Made by a program: the position numbers and the translations under genes | Source: Phycisphaerae bacterium | Lineage (GTDB): Bacteria; Planctomycetota; Phycisphaerae; WQYP01 | Assembly: GCA_035545015.1 (NCBI GenBank) | Contig: DASZZD010000079.1 | Span: forward strand, 623-64,622 | DNA: 64,000 bases | Reading direction: 5' to 3' | Shown here: positions 21,487-31,993 of the stretch, piece by piece | Numbering within the stretch: the first letter of the stretch is position 1 | Layout: each line of letters begins with the position of its first letter | Notes under the pieces: generated by a model | What the model saw: the letters and a program-made list of their open reading frames with translations, nothing else | What the model was told of the DNA's origin: nothing | Databases searched by the model: none

Positions 21487-24400
21487 TCAAACTTCGACGA
21501 GTTCGTCGCTTGGGGTGATGAGGGGCTCAGGGGTCGTCGCAGGGGCCGGGCGTTTGACTTTGCGGTTGGGGCCCATGGGCAAGACGCTGGATTCGCCGAA
21601 GACCTGGCGGAGGGCGTCGACGCCGCCGTTTTGCATGTTGACGCCGCCGCCGAGTTGGAGTTGCACGCGCACGCCGCCCGAGGCCTGCGCGATGGGGAGG
21701 TCGCAGAGTTCGAGCTTCACGGGGGTGCTGCCTTTGTGGTCCTTGAGGACCTTGCCAATGGCGGCCATGGTCGGCGGGTCGAGTTTCATCGCCGTGGTGC
21801 GCACGAGGATTTCGCGAGTTTTCTTTTTCTGGACGGAGTCGAGGGTGTAAACCTCGCGCGCCTTGAAGCTGGGTTCCTCGCGCATTTTGTCGACCTGGCC
21901 CTCGAAGAAGAGGACGGTGTCGGGTTTGATTATTTCCTGGAAGCGCTGGTACTCGTTGGAATAGAGGACGACTTCGAGGGAGCCGACGAGATCTTCGATG
22001 AGGAGGATGGCCCAGCGGGAGCCGGCGTTGGGGCCGGTCTTGGTGGTCATGAGGCGGATTTTGGAGACGAGGCCGCCCATCATGGCGTTGGTTTTGTCGC
22101 CGGCGGCGCGGATGGATTGGGTGTCGAGGGTGATGTAGCTCTGGAAAAGCTGCTCGACATCGCGAAGGGGATGATTGGTGACGTAGAAGCCGAGGACGGA
22201 TTTTTCGAGGGCCATTTTCTCGCCTTTGGGCCACTCGGGAATGCCGGGCACTTTGGGTTCGACGGCGAGCAGGGGATTGGCGGCGCCGGCGGAGGGGGCG
22301 CCGAAGAGGGATTCCTGGCCGGCGCGCTTGGCTTCCTGCGCCTGCTGGGCCATGCGGGAAGCGGATTCGACGGCGGTCATGGCGGCGGCGCGCACGGGGT
22401 GGAGGGAATCGAAGGCGCCGCATTTGATGAGCGATTCGATGACGGCTTTGTTGACGACGCGCAGATCGACGCGTTCGCAGAGGTCGAAGATAGACTTGTA
22501 GGGTTTGGGTTTCCGCTGGCCGCTTTCGGCATCGATTTCGTAGCGGCAGGCCATGATGGATTCGACGGCCTTGTCGCCAACCCCCTTGATGGCGGCGAGT
22601 CCGAAGCGAATGTTCTCGCCGACGACGGTGAAATCGGCGTCAGACTCATTGATGTCGGGGGGAAGAATTTCGATGCCGACCTTGCCGGAATTGGGAAGCA
22701 TGAGATGGCGGCATTCGTCGATGTATTCGACGGTCTTGGCCTGGTCGATCATTTCAAATGTGAGCAGCGCGGCCATGTACTGGGCGGGAAAATAGGTTTT
22801 CAGCCAGGCGGTTTGATAGGCGACGAAGGCGTAGCGCGTGGAGTGGGATTTGTTGAAGCCATAGCCGGCGAATTTTTCGATGTCGGCGAAGATTTCGGTG
22901 GCCTGTTCCCTGGAAAGGCCGTTCTGCATGGCGCCTTCAATGAACGCCGCTTTTTCCTTGTTGATCACGTCGGCTTTTTTCTTGGAGATGGCCTTGATGA
23001 TGTCGTAAGCGCGGCGAAGCGGAATGTTGCCCAGGCGATTGAAAATCCGCATCACCTGTTCCTGGTAGACCATCACACCGTAGGTCTCGGCGAGCACTTC
23101 GTCGGCGAGCGTGTGGAGGCTGGGGACCGCCTGCTTGCCGTGCTTGCGGGCGCAGTAATCGGGAATCAGGTCCATGGGGCCCGGGCGATAAAGTGCGTTG
23201 GCGGCGATGAGGTCTTCTAGGCGGTCGGGCTTCATTTTCATCAGGAGGTCTTTCATGCCTCCGGATTCAAACTGGAAGACGCCCTTCGTGCAGCCTTTCT
23301 GGAAGATGGTTTGATAGACGTGCTGGTCGGTGATGTCGATGCGTTCGATGTCGATGCGGCGGCCCTGTCCGCGATCTTTCAGGAAGGGGGGCGGATTGTC
23401 CTTGAGGCTGGCGGGGATTTTGACGGCGCCGCTGGTGAGGTCTTTGTCGATGAGGTCGAGGGCGCGTTCGAGGATGGTGAGGGTGCGCAGGCCGAGGAAG
23501 TCCATTTTGAGCAGGCCGACCTTTTCGCAGGTGGGGCCGTCCCACTGGGTCATGATGTCATCGCCGGATTTGTAGAGCGGGACGATTTCGTCGAGGGGTT
23601 TGTCGCAGACGATGACGCCGGCGGCGTGCATGCCGGCGTTGCGACAGAGGCCTTCGAGGCGCTGGGCGATGGCGAAGAGCTTTTGTACCTGGGGATTCTC
23701 ATCAATCATCTTCTTGATGTCGGGCACTTTGACCACGTCATCGAGGCTCACATTAAGGCCGCCGGGGACGAGCTTGGTGAGTTTGTCGGTTTCGGCGATG
23801 GGCATGCCCAGCACGCGGCCGACGTCTTTAATGGCGGCCTTCGCGCCCAGGGTGTTGAAGGTGATGATCTGGCAGACGTTGCCGTACTTTTCGCGGACGT
23901 ACTCGATGACTTTGCCGCGGCCTTCCTGGCAGATGTCGATGTCGATATCGGGCATGGCGGAGCGCGCGGGGTCCATGAAGCGCTCGAAGAGCAGATCGTA
24001 TTTGACGGGATCGACGTTGCACAGCGAGAGCACGTAGCCGACGACGGTGCCGACGCCGGAGCCTCTCGCGCCGACCGGGATGCCGCTCTTTTTGGCGTAG
24101 TTGCAGAAATCCCAGACGATCAGGAAGTAGCTGGAGAAGCCTTTGGAGCAGATGACCTGGAGCTCGAAATCGAGGCGGTCCATGACGGTTTTGCGCTGCT
24201 CGGGAGAGAGGGAATCGCCATATTTTTCTTCGACGCCGGCGAGGCAAAGCTGACGGAGGTAGGCGTCGGGGTGAATGGCGGCGCCGTCGGCGGCCGGCGG
24301 GGGGCTGTACACCGGCGCGTGGCGGGCGTTGAAGTCGAGCTTGAGCTCGCATTGTTCGGCGATGCGCAGGGTGTTGTCGCAGGCCTCGGGAATCTCACGG

Positions 24401-25173
24401 AAAATCTGGCGCATTTCCGCGGGACTCTTGAGGTAGAGCTCGCGCGAATATTTCAGGCGCGTCTCGTCGGCAAGCGTGCGGCCCATGCTGATGCAGCAGA
24501 GAGCGTCGTGGGCGTCAAAATCGTCTTTGAGCAGATAGTGGTGGTCATTGGTGGCGACGACGGGGCAGGCGGCGCGCCTGGCGACTTCGATGAGCTTGGG
24601 GATCATCGCGACCTGTGCCGGGTCGAAATGGTTTTGCAGCTCGACGTAGAAATCGTCGCCGAAGATTTCTTTGTATTGTCCGGCACAGGCGACGGCGCCT
24701 TCCACGTCGCCTCTTTCGAGAAGGGCGGAGATTTCGGTGCCGAAGTGGCCATTCATGACGACCAGGCCTTCGTGATATTTGGCGAGGGTTTCCTTGTCGA
24801 CGCGCGGGCGATAGTAGAAGCCTTCGGTGAAGGCGAGCGAGGCGAGTTTGAGGATATTTTTCCAGCCGGTTTCGTTTTTCACGACGACGGGCAGGTGATA
24901 GGCGGCTTCGGAGATGCCGTGGGAGTCTTTGTCGAAGCGCGAGGCGGGCGCGACGTAGAACTCGCAGCCGACGATGCCCTTGACATCAAATTTTTTGGCG
25001 GTGGAGTACCACTCGACAGCGCCGAAAAGATTGCCATGATCGGTGAGAGCGATCGCGGGCATGCCCAGTTCCCTGGTCTTTTCGAGCAACCCGTCAATGG
25101 TTGCCCCGCCGTCGAGCAGCGAGTAATGCGAGTGTCCGTGCAGGTGAACAAAGGAAGCTGGATCATAGGCCAT
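21487..25173 (-). CDS. dnaE: DNA polymerase III alpha subunit
   Basis: PHP domain HLHGHSHYSLLDG. Full-length DnaE body. Start placed at MAYDPASF (ATG at 25173) rather than the longer track ORF. Confidence 0.95.
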   Translation of the reverse strand: MAYDPASFVHLHGHSHYSLLDGGATIDGLLEKTRELGMPAIALTDHGNLFGAVEWYSTAKKFDVKGIVGCEFYVAPASRFDKDSHGISEAAYHLPVVVKNETGWKNILKLASLAFTEGFYYRPRVDKETLAKYHEGLVVMNGHFGTEISALLERGDVEGAVACAGQYKEIFGDDFYVELQNHFDPAQVAMIPKLIEVARRAACPVVATNDHHYLLKDDFDAHDALCCISMGRTLADETRLKYSRELYLKSPAEMRQIFREIPEACDNTLRIAEQCELKLDFNARHAPVYSPPPAADGAAIHPDAYLRQLCLAGVEEKYGDSLSPEQRKTVMDRLDFELQVICSKGFSSYFLIVWDFCNYAKKSGIPVGARGSGVGTVVGYVLSLCNVDPVKYDLLFERFMDPARSAMPDIDIDICQEGRGKVIEYVREKYGNVCQIITFNTLGAKAAIKDVGRVLGMPIAETDKLTKLVPGGLNVSLDDVVKVPDIKKMIDENPQVQKLFAIAQRLEGLCRNAGMHAAGVIVCDKPLDEIVPLYKSGDDIMTQWDGPTCEKVGLLKMDFLGLRTLTILERALDLIDKDLTSGAVKIPASLKDNPPPFLKDRGQGRRIDIERIDITDQHVYQTIFQKGCTKGVFQFESGGMKDLLMKMKPDRLEDLIAANALYRPGPMDLIPDYCARKHGKQAVPSLHTLADEVLAETYGVMVYQEQVMRIFNRLGNIPLRRAYDIIKAISKKKADVINKEKAAFIEGAMQNGLSREQATEIFADIEKFAGYGFNKSHSTRYAFVAYQTAWLKTYFPAQYMAALLTFEMIDQAKTVEYIDECRHLMLPNSGKVGIEILPPDINESDADFTVVGENIRFGLAAIKGVGDKAVESIMACRYEIDAESGQRKPKPYKSIFDLCERVDLRVVNKAVIESLIKCGAFDSLHPVRAAAMTAVESASRMAQQAQEAKRAGQESLFGAPSAGAANPLLAVEPKVPGIPEWPKGEKMALEKSVLGFYVTNHPLRDVEQLFQSYITLDTQSIRAAGDKTNAMMGGLVSKIRLMTTKTGPNAGSRWAILLIEDLVGSLEVVLYSNEYQRFQEIIKPDTVLFFEGQVDKMREEPSFKAREVYTLDSVQKKKTREILVRTTAMKLDPPTMAAIGKVLKDHKGSTPVKLELCDLPIAQASGGVRVQLQLGGGVNMQNGGVDALRQVFGESSVLPMGPNRKVKRPAPATTPEPLITPSDELVEV

Positions 25174-25248
25174 GCGGGGGGATCCTCCGTGAACAGGCGC
25201 AGTATAAAAGAGGCGGGGCGAAAGACGAAAGACCCACGCGTGGGCGGG

Positions 25249-25294
25249 CAAAAAAGAAACACCGGCGAGGGCACGGTACCTCGTCGGTGTTTCT
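25249..25294 (-). terminator. Rho-independent terminator downstream of the entericidin-like gene
   Basis: 15-bp stem gaaacaccggcgagg/cctcgtcggtgtttc with a 9-nt loop, followed on the minus strand by TTTTTT. Confidence 0.7.
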
Positions 25295-25370
25295 CAAAGC
25301 GGTCACGATGCTGCTGTGGCCGCTCCTTCAGGAACGCAATGAGCGACGTTTCCGCTCGGGCAAGCGCGCG

Positions 25371-25520
25371 TCAGGGCTGCGCCCCATGCTTGACGGCGGA
25401 ATTCTGAATGGACTGCCCGGCAGACTGCATGTCTTCACCCGCGCCCTTGGTGGTGTTGCAGGCGACAAACGGAAGAGACATGCCGGCAAGCACCAGGGCG
25501 ATCATCAACGTCTTGATCAT
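25371..25520 (-). CDS. Entericidin A/B family small lipoprotein
   Basis: MIKTLMIALVLAGMSLPFVACNTTKGAGEDMQSAGQSIQNS: lipobox plus the CNTxxGxGED…SI motif. 49 aa. The longer track ORF upstream is probably not translated. Confidence 0.75.
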   Translation of the reverse strand: MIKTLMIALVLAGMSLPFVACNTTKGAGEDMQSAGQSIQNSAVKHGAQP

Positions 25521-25739
25521 GACGAGCTCCATTCCTTCTGGGAGAGGACTGCGCCGGCCCCACTGGCAGGCGGTACGGAAGTGAACGCAAAAGCCTTGCC
25601 AGTGGCTTTGCTGCCGTTGAGGTGCTCGGATTTGTGCAGCGAGACGATCAATCCGTCGCACTTGCGGACATTCTGGCACGCAGGTCACAAGGCAAGGGAT
25701 GATCGGGAAACGCATCGGGGGGGAAATTGGCCAGCGGAG

Positions 25740-26042
25740 TCAGCCCAGGATGGTGCGGTAGGTTTCGACGCGCGGCGCTTCGGTAAGGAGGTCCTCAAAC
25801 TCCGCGAGCATGGAAAGGGAGTGAGGTTGATAGAGATGCAGGTCGAACTGCTTCTCCGATGCGAAGCGCGAGAAGAGGAAGAAGAGGTGGTCGTCGGAGG
25901 TGGAACGATACAGGCGATAGTCGAGCGTACCAGCCTCGGTACGGGAGATGGGTACGCGGTTGCGAAGGGCGCGTTCCAGCTCCGCCGCTTTGCCGGGTTT
26001 GGCCCGCAAACCAATGGTGACAATGAAAGGCTCTTTTTCCAT
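25740..26042 (-). CDS. ABM-domain (antibiotic biosynthesis monooxygenase-like) protein
   Basis: MEKEPFIVTIGLRAKPGKAAELERAL…LFFLFSRFASEKQFDLHLYQPH ferredoxin-like ABM pattern. Start at the internal Met. Confidence 0.6.
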   Translation of the reverse strand: MEKEPFIVTIGLRAKPGKAAELERALRNRVPISRTEAGTLDYRLYRSTSDDHLFFLFSRFASEKQFDLHLYQPHSLSMLAEFEDLLTEAPRVETYRTILG

Positions 26043-26176
26043 GCTCGCTTTCCCATGGGCGGTGGGGCGGGGTTCCGCGATTTCCACCCTTTCCATCGGC
26101 CGATAGCTCTGCGCCTCTCCACCCGATAGACTATAGTCCTGCAATTTACCGGGCCTGGGCGCCAGAAGGAACACGC

Positions 26177-26653
26177 ATGGAAACGGTGACTGGAGACCTG
26201 TTCGTCAAGCCGGGGAATCGGTTCGCGCTGGTGGTGGCGGAGTTTAACAGTTTTATCACGATGCAGTTGGCAGAAGGGGCGGTGCAATGCCTGCTGCGGC
26301 ACGGAGCGAAGGCCGAGCAGATCACCCAGATTCTCGTGCCCGGGGCGTTTGAGATTCCCACGGTTGCCAAGGCGGCGGCCAAGTCGAACAAGTATGCGGC
26401 GGTGATTTGCATTGCGTGCGTTATTCGTGGGGCGACAGACCATTACGATCATGTGGCGGGGCAGGTGGCGCGGGGCGTCGGGGCGATCGGGCCGGAAACT
26501 GGGGTGCCGACGGTGTTTGGCGTCATCACGGCGGACAACCAGGAGCAGGCGCTGGATCGGGCGGGGCTGAAAATGGGCAACGCCGGGTGGAATGCGGCGC
26601 TGGCGGCGATTTCCACGGCGTCGGTGCTGGCTAAAATCAAGGCGGCGGAATAA
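26177..26653 (+). CDS. ribH: 6,7-dimethyl-8-ribityllumazine synthase
   Basis: RFALVVAEFNSFIT…ILVPGAFEIP…VITADN motifs. Confidence 0.9.
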   Translation: METVTGDLFVKPGNRFALVVAEFNSFITMQLAEGAVQCLLRHGAKAEQITQILVPGAFEIPTVAKAAAKSNKYAAVICIACVIRGATDHYDHVAGQVARGVGAIGPETGVPTVFGVITADNQEQALDRAGLKMGNAGWNAALAAISTASVLAKIKAAE

Positions 26654-26733
26654 CTTGGAATATCCTGGGGTTATCCGAGCGGCGAAAATCTGGCCGCCGT
26701 CGCGTGCTTTAACTCTGAAGAACCGAAGCAGTT

Positions 26734-27165
26734 ATGATTCATGAACGTTCGACGGCCCGGCGGATCGCGTTGCAGGGGCTGTATCAATTAGATGTGCAGG
26801 GCGAGCCGTTCCTCATCGATGGGCTCCAGGCGTTTGTGTCGGAGGCGACGGACGATCCGCGAATCCGGGAGATCGCTTATTTCATGGCCAAATCGGCGTG
26901 GATGTATCATCCCACCGCGGATGAATGGATTGGGCGGATCGCGGCAAAATGGCCGGTGTATCGGATGGCGACGGTGGACCGGAACATCCTGCGGCTGGCG
27001 GCGTGGGAGCTGGTGAATTACACGCAGACGCCGCCGAAGGTGGTGCTGGATGAGGCGATCGACATGGGGAAGGAATTTTCGACCGCCGAGTCGGGGAACT
27101 TCATCAATGGGATACTTGACGCTATGCTGAAGGAACACGTGGCCCAGACGGGCCGGACGGTGTGA
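26734..27165 (+). CDS. nusB: Transcription antitermination factor NusB
   Basis: ARRIALQGLYQ… NusB family. Conserved ribH-nusB pairing. Confidence 0.9.
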   Translation: MIHERSTARRIALQGLYQLDVQGEPFLIDGLQAFVSEATDDPRIREIAYFMAKSAWMYHPTADEWIGRIAAKWPVYRMATVDRNILRLAAWELVNYTQTPPKVVLDEAIDMGKEFSTAESGNFINGILDAMLKEHVAQTGRTV

Positions 27166-27184
27166 GGCAAAATCGGAGCGTGCG

Positions 27185-27544
27185 ATGCGGTACATGGCGG
27201 CGTTGTTGGCGGTGGCGGGGATGAGCGCGGGAATGGCGGCATTTGCGGCGACGACGGCGGACGATGGATCGTGTCCGGCGTGCGATGCGGCGGCGGGGGA
27301 GACGGCGCCGGTGCTGCTGCTGACGGCGGCGGCGAGCGCTCCGGCGACACAGGCGGCGGTGGATGTGGGGAACACCAAGTGCATGGTGATGCCGGACGAT
27401 GATGTCACGCCGGGCAAGACCGTGACCTATGACGGGAAAATTTATCATTTCTGCTGCGATGATTGCATCGCGGATTTCAAAAAGGATCCGGCGAAATACA
27501 TCAAAGCGATGCAGGCGGACCCGAAAAAATACGGGGTGAAGTGA
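27185..27544 (+). CDS. Secreted YHS-domain protein with CxxC motif (metal-binding candidate)
   Basis: Signal peptide. CPAC. YHFCCDDCIADFKKDP is YHS/TRASH-like. Confidence 0.6.
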   Translation: MRYMAALLAVAGMSAGMAAFAATTADDGSCPACDAAAGETAPVLLLTAAASAPATQAAVDVGNTKCMVMPDDDVTPGKTVTYDGKIYHFCCDDCIADFKKDPAKYIKAMQADPKKYGVK

Positions 27545-27685
27545 GCGGGGCGGGCACGGGGGGGGGGCGCCGGGCGGAGCGGACAGGCGCGGGAGGTGGG
27601 CTGCTTGACGGGCTGTGCGCTGACGATTAAGTAAGCCGTTTCGATTTTTTTCAAGAGTGTGCGGCGGCAGCGCGAGAGGATCAGC

Positions 27686-29209
27686 ATGCGGTCGGTATCC
27701 CCTTCGGAAATCTGGTTCGTCACGGGCAGCCAGCATTTGTATGGCGAGGCGGCCCTCAGGCAGGTGGCGGCGAATGCGCAGCAGGTGGTGGCGGGGCTGA
27801 ATGACGCGAAGACGGGGGGCGGGCTGCCGCTCAACGTGTTGTTCAAGCCGATCGTGACGACGCCGGAGGAGGTGCGGGCGCGGTGTCTGGATGCCAGCCA
27901 CGATGCGAATTGCGCGGGGCTGATTTTGTGGATGCACACGTTTTCGCCGGCGAAGATGTGGATCGGGGGGCTGACGAACCTGCACAAGCCGTTTGCGCAT
28001 CTGCATACGCAGTTCAACCGCGATCTGCCGTGGGGACAGATCGACATGGATTTCATGAACCTGAACCAGGCGGCGCACGGGGACCGGGAGGCGGGTTTCA
28101 TGCACACGCGCCTGCGGCTGAATCGCAAGGTGATCGTGGGGCACTGGAGCGACCCGAACACGCAGGCGCGGCTGGCGGCGTGGATGCGCGCGGCGCGGGC
28201 GTGGCATGATTTGCAGGGCGCGAAGTTCGCGCGCTTCGGCGACAACATGCGCTATGTGGCGGTGACGGAGGGAGACAAGGTGGCGGCGGAGACGAAGCTG
28301 GGGATCAGCGTGAACGGCTATGGCGTGGGCGATCTGGTGCGGGCGATCAGCGAGGTGCTCGACGCGCAGGTGACGGAGCTTTGCGGGGAGTATGAGGATC
28401 AGTACAAGGTGGCGGCGGAGCTGCGGCGCGGCGGGGGGCGGCATGAGTCGCTGCGCGAGGGGGCGCGGATCGAGCTGGGGCTTCGGCGGTTTCTGGAGCA
28501 TGGGCATTTCAAGGGATTCACGACGACGTTTGAGGATTTGCACGGGTTGCGGCAGTTGCCGGGGCTTGCGGTGCAGCGGTTGATGAAGGATGGGTATGGA
28601 TTTGGCGCGGAGGGAGATTGGAAGACCTGTGCGCTGCTGCGGGCTATGAAGGTGATGGGCGACGGGCTGCAAGGGGGGACGAGCTTCATGGAGGATTATA
28701 CGTATCATCTGGCGCCGGGGCACAATCTGGTGCTGGGGGCGCACATGCTGGAGGTGTGCGAGAGCATTGCGGCGAGCCGGCCGACGCTGGAGATTCATCC
28801 GCTAGGGATCGGCGGGAAGGAAGATCCAGTGCGGCTGGTGTTTGATACCCCGGCGGGCGAGGCGATCAATGCGTCGCTGATCGATCTGGGGAATCGGTTC
28901 CGGCTGCTGGTGCATGAGGTGGAGGTGGTGGCGCCGCCACAGCCGCTGCCGAAGCTGCCGGTGGCGCGGGCGGTGTGGAAGAACAAGCCGGATTTTGCGA
29001 CAGGGTGTGCCGCGTGGATTTACGCGGGCGGGGCGCATCACACGGGGTTCAGCCAGGCGGTGAAGACGGAGCATGTGGAGGATTTTGCGCAGATCGCGGG
29101 GGTGGAGTTGGCGATCATCGATGCGAAGACGGAGCTGCGGCGGTTCCAGCAGGATTTGCGGAATAATGAGGTGTACTATCATTTCGCGCCGGGATTGGGG
29201 CGGCTGTGA
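27686..29209 (+). CDS. araA: L-arabinose isomerase
   Basis: [13 protein letters not shown]…, full-length AraA. Confidence 0.9.
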   Translation: MRSVSPSEIWFVTGSQHLYGEAALRQVAANAQQVVAGLNDAKTGGGLPLNVLFKPIVTTPEEVRARCLDASHDANCAGLILWMHTFSPAKMWIGGLTNLHKPFAHLHTQFNRDLPWGQIDMDFMNLNQAAHGDREAGFMHTRLRLNRKVIVGHWSDPNTQARLAAWMRAARAWHDLQGAKFARFGDNMRYVAVTEGDKVAAETKLGISVNGYGVGDLVRAISEVLDAQVTELCGEYEDQYKVAAELRRGGGRHESLREGARIELGLRRFLEHGHFKGFTTTFEDLHGLRQLPGLAVQRLMKDGYGFGAEGDWKTCALLRAMKVMGDGLQGGTSFMEDYTYHLAPGHNLVLGAHMLEVCESIAASRPTLEIHPLGIGGKEDPVRLVFDTPAGEAINASLIDLGNRFRLLVHEVEVVAPPQPLPKLPVARAVWKNKPDFATGCAAWIYAGGAHHTGFSQAVKTEHVEDFAQIAGVELAIIDAKTELRRFQQDLRNNEVYYHFAPGLGRL

Positions 29210-29217
29210 TAGTCAAC

Positions 29218-29245
29218 GTAATTGGTAATTAGTAATTGGTAATTG
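29218..29245. repeat. Heptanucleotide tandem repeat GTAATTR x4 (AT-rich) in the araA-araB intergenic spacer
   Basis: gtaattg gtaatta gtaattg gtaattg, read from the sequence. Unusually AT-rich for this genome. Confidence 0.8.
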
Positions 29246-29303
29246 GCGATGTGTCGGCGAAGAGCGCCTGGTGTGAAGGGGGGACACTGTGAGGTTGGCG
29301 GAT

Positions 29304-30992
29304 ATGGCGGCTTATACGATTGGGCTGGATTATGGCACGAACACGGTGCGGGCGCTGCTGGTGAACGTACAGACGGGGGCGGAGATTGCGACGGCGATTT
29401 TTGAGTATCCGCATGGGATGGCGGGGGTGGTGCTGGATCGGCGCGATCCGAATCTGGCGAGGCAACATCCGCAGGATTATCTGGATGGGGCGGAGGTGAC
29501 GATTAAGAAGGTGCTGGCGGAGGGCACCAGCAAGGGAGTGAAGGCGTCGGAGGTGATTGGGATCGGGGTGGACACGACCGGCAGCACGCCGATGCCGGTG
29601 GATGCCGAGGGCCGGCCGGTGGCGTTTTTGTCGCAGTTTGTGACGGATCCGGCGGCACTGGCGTGGTTGTGGAAGGATCACACATCACACGCGGAGGCGG
29701 TGGAGATCACGCAGATCGCGGCGAAATTGCGGCCGCAGTATCTGGCGAAGTGCGGAGGGAAGTATTCGTCGGAGTGGTTCTGGGCGAAGATTCTGCATTG
29801 TGCGCGGGTGGCGCCGGCGGTGTTTGATGCGGCGGCGACGTGGGTGGAAATCGCGGATTGGATTCCCGCGGCGCTGTGCGGGACCACGGCGCCGGCGAAG
29901 ATCAAGCGGGGCGTGTGCGCGGCGGGGCACAAGGCGTTTTATAACGAGGCGTGGGGCGGCTATCCGGATGAAGAGTTCTTGAAGGCGATCGATCCGTGGC
30001 TGGTGCGTATTGGAAAAACGCTGCCGGCGAAGGTGCACACGGTGGCGGATGCGGCGGGGTGGTTGAGCGAGGAGTGGGCGAAAAAGACCGGATTGAAGGC
30101 GGGAATACCGGTGGCGGTGGGGGCGTTTGATGTGCATTTGGGGGCCGTGGGATCGGGGATTCGGCCGGGGGTGCTGGTGAAGATCATGGGGACGTCGACG
30201 TGCGATTTGATGGTGTCGCCGCTGGGGGAGAAGCTGGCGGATGTGCCGGGGCTGTGCGGAATTGTGCCGGCATCGGTGATTCCCGGGTTTTATGGGATGG
30301 AGGCGGGGCAGTCGGCGGTGGGGGACATTTTCAACTGGTTCGTGCAGGTGATTCAGCCGGGCGGGAAGGAGAAGGGATCGCATGAGGCGCTGACGGAAGG
30401 CGCGGCGAAATTGAAGCCGGGCGAGAGCGGGCTGCTGGTGCTGGATTGGCACAATGGGAATCGGACGGTGCTGGTGGATCAGCGGCTGACCGGCACGATT
30501 TTCGGGTTGACGCTGCACACGACGCCGGCGGAGATTTACCGGGCGCTGATCGAGGCGACGGCGTTCGGGGCGCGCGTCATCATGGAGCGCTTCGAGGAAT
30601 ATCAAGTGCCGGTGAAACGGGTGGTGAGCGGCGGCGGGATTGCGTCGAAGAACCCGATGGCGATGCAGATTTATGCGAATGCGATGGGCCGGCCGGTGGC
30701 GATTTCGCACAGCGCGCAGACATGCGCGCTGGGGTCGGCGATCGCCGGGGCGGTGGCGGCGGGGACGGCGGTGGGGGGATACAGGGATTTCGGCACGGCG
30801 ATCGGCGCGATGGCGACGAAGTCGGAACGGACGTTTACGCCCGAGCCCGCGGCGGCGGCGGTGTACGATCGGTTGTACAAGCTGTATCGGCGGCTGCACG
30901 ATGCGTTCGGCGTCGCGGGGCATCAGGATTCGCTGGGGGATGTGATGAAGGAATTGCTGAACATTCGCGATGAAGCGCGGAAGCACGAATAG
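29304..30992 (+). CDS. araB: L-ribulokinase
   Basis: MAAYTIGLDYGTNTVRALLV…, FGGY kinase, AraB length. The start could alternatively be 29289. Confidence 0.85.
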   Translation: MAAYTIGLDYGTNTVRALLVNVQTGAEIATAIFEYPHGMAGVVLDRRDPNLARQHPQDYLDGAEVTIKKVLAEGTSKGVKASEVIGIGVDTTGSTPMPVDAEGRPVAFLSQFVTDPAALAWLWKDHTSHAEAVEITQIAAKLRPQYLAKCGGKYSSEWFWAKILHCARVAPAVFDAAATWVEIADWIPAALCGTTAPAKIKRGVCAAGHKAFYNEAWGGYPDEEFLKAIDPWLVRIGKTLPAKVHTVADAAGWLSEEWAKKTGLKAGIPVAVGAFDVHLGAVGSGIRPGVLVKIMGTSTCDLMVSPLGEKLADVPGLCGIVPASVIPGFYGMEAGQSAVGDIFNWFVQVIQPGGKEKGSHEALTEGAAKLKPGESGLLVLDWHNGNRTVLVDQRLTGTIFGLTLHTTPAEIYRALIEATAFGARVIMERFEEYQVPVKRVVSGGGIASKNPMAMQIYANAMGRPVAISHSAQTCALGSAIAGAVAAGTAVGGYRDFGTAIGAMATKSERTFTPEPAAAAVYDRLYKLYRRLHDAFGVAGHQDSLGDVMKELLNIRDEARKHE

Positions 30993-31013
30993 AAGCACGG
31001 ATAAAGGAAACGC

Positions 31014-31721
31014 ATGGCTTACGAAGCGCTCAAGGAAGAAGTGTATCGCGTCAACATGGCGCTGGTGGAGGCGGGGCTGGTGAAGCTGACCTGGGGGAAT
31101 GCTTCGGGGGTGGATCGGGAAGCCGGAGTCATGGCGATCAAGCCAAGTGGTGTGCCGTATGCGCGGTTGTCGCCGACGGACATCGTCGTGTTGTCCATCG
31201 ATACCGGTAAGACGTTGGAGGGGACGGCTCGTCCGAGTTCCGATACGCCGACGCATTTGCATCTTTATCGCGAGTTTCCCGGATTGGGTGGGATCGTGCA
31301 TACCCATTCGGACTATGCAACGAGCTTTGCACAGGCGCAGACGAGCATCACGTGCCTGGGCACCACGCACGCGGATCATTTTTACGGCACGATTCCCTGT
31401 ACGCGGCCGATGAAGAAGGAAGAAATCGTCACGGATTACGAGCTGAACACCGGGAAGATCATTGTCGATTGCTTTCGGTCGTTGAACCTGAACGCGGATC
31501 ATGTGCCGGGGGTGCTGGTGGCGAGCCATGCGCCGTTCGCATGGGGGATTACGCCGGCCAAGGCGCTGGAGAATGCCATCGTGCTCGAGTACGTGGCCAA
31601 GATGCAGTTGCAAAGTTTAACGATCAATCCGACGGCGGTGCCTATCGCGCAGCCGCTGCTGGATAAGCATTTTTTGCGGAAGCACGGACCGGGGGCCTAT
31701 TACGGGCAGGCGAAGGGGTGA
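31014..31721 (+). CDS. araD: L-ribulose-5-phosphate 4-epimerase
   Basis: Class II aldolase/AraD motifs (…GIVHTHSDYATSFAQ…). Confidence 0.9.
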   Translation: MAYEALKEEVYRVNMALVEAGLVKLTWGNASGVDREAGVMAIKPSGVPYARLSPTDIVVLSIDTGKTLEGTARPSSDTPTHLHLYREFPGLGGIVHTHSDYATSFAQAQTSITCLGTTHADHFYGTIPCTRPMKKEEIVTDYELNTGKIIVDCFRSLNLNADHVPGVLVASHAPFAWGITPAKALENAIVLEYVAKMQLQSLTINPTAVPIAQPLLDKHFLRKHGPGAYYGQAKG

Positions 31722-31742
31722 TCTTCAACCATTTCACGAGGA

Positions 31743-31979
31743 TTGATGATGGCGGCGAAGAAAGCAGTGCGCGAGGCGGCGATGCCGGCGGAACTGTTGG
31801 GGGCGCTGAAGGGAAATGCGGAAGCGCGCGGGGTGTTTGAGGGGCTGAGCCCGAGCCACCGGCGGGAATACGTGAAGTGGGTCACGGAAGCGAAAAAGGC
31901 GGAGACGCGGCAGCGGCGCGCGGATGCTGCAGTGGCGCGGATGGTCGAAAACGATAAGGCGCGGCGTGCGAAAGCGTGA
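31743..31979 (+). CDS. YdeI/OmpD-associated family small protein
   Basis: …FEGLSPSHRREYVKWVTEAKKAETRQRR… is the family signature. Confidence 0.6.
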   Translation: MMMAAKKAVREAAMPAELLGALKGNAEARGVFEGLSPSHRREYVKWVTEAKKAETRQRRADAAVARMVENDKARRAKA

Positions 31980-31993
31980 CGAGGCGTCCGTGG

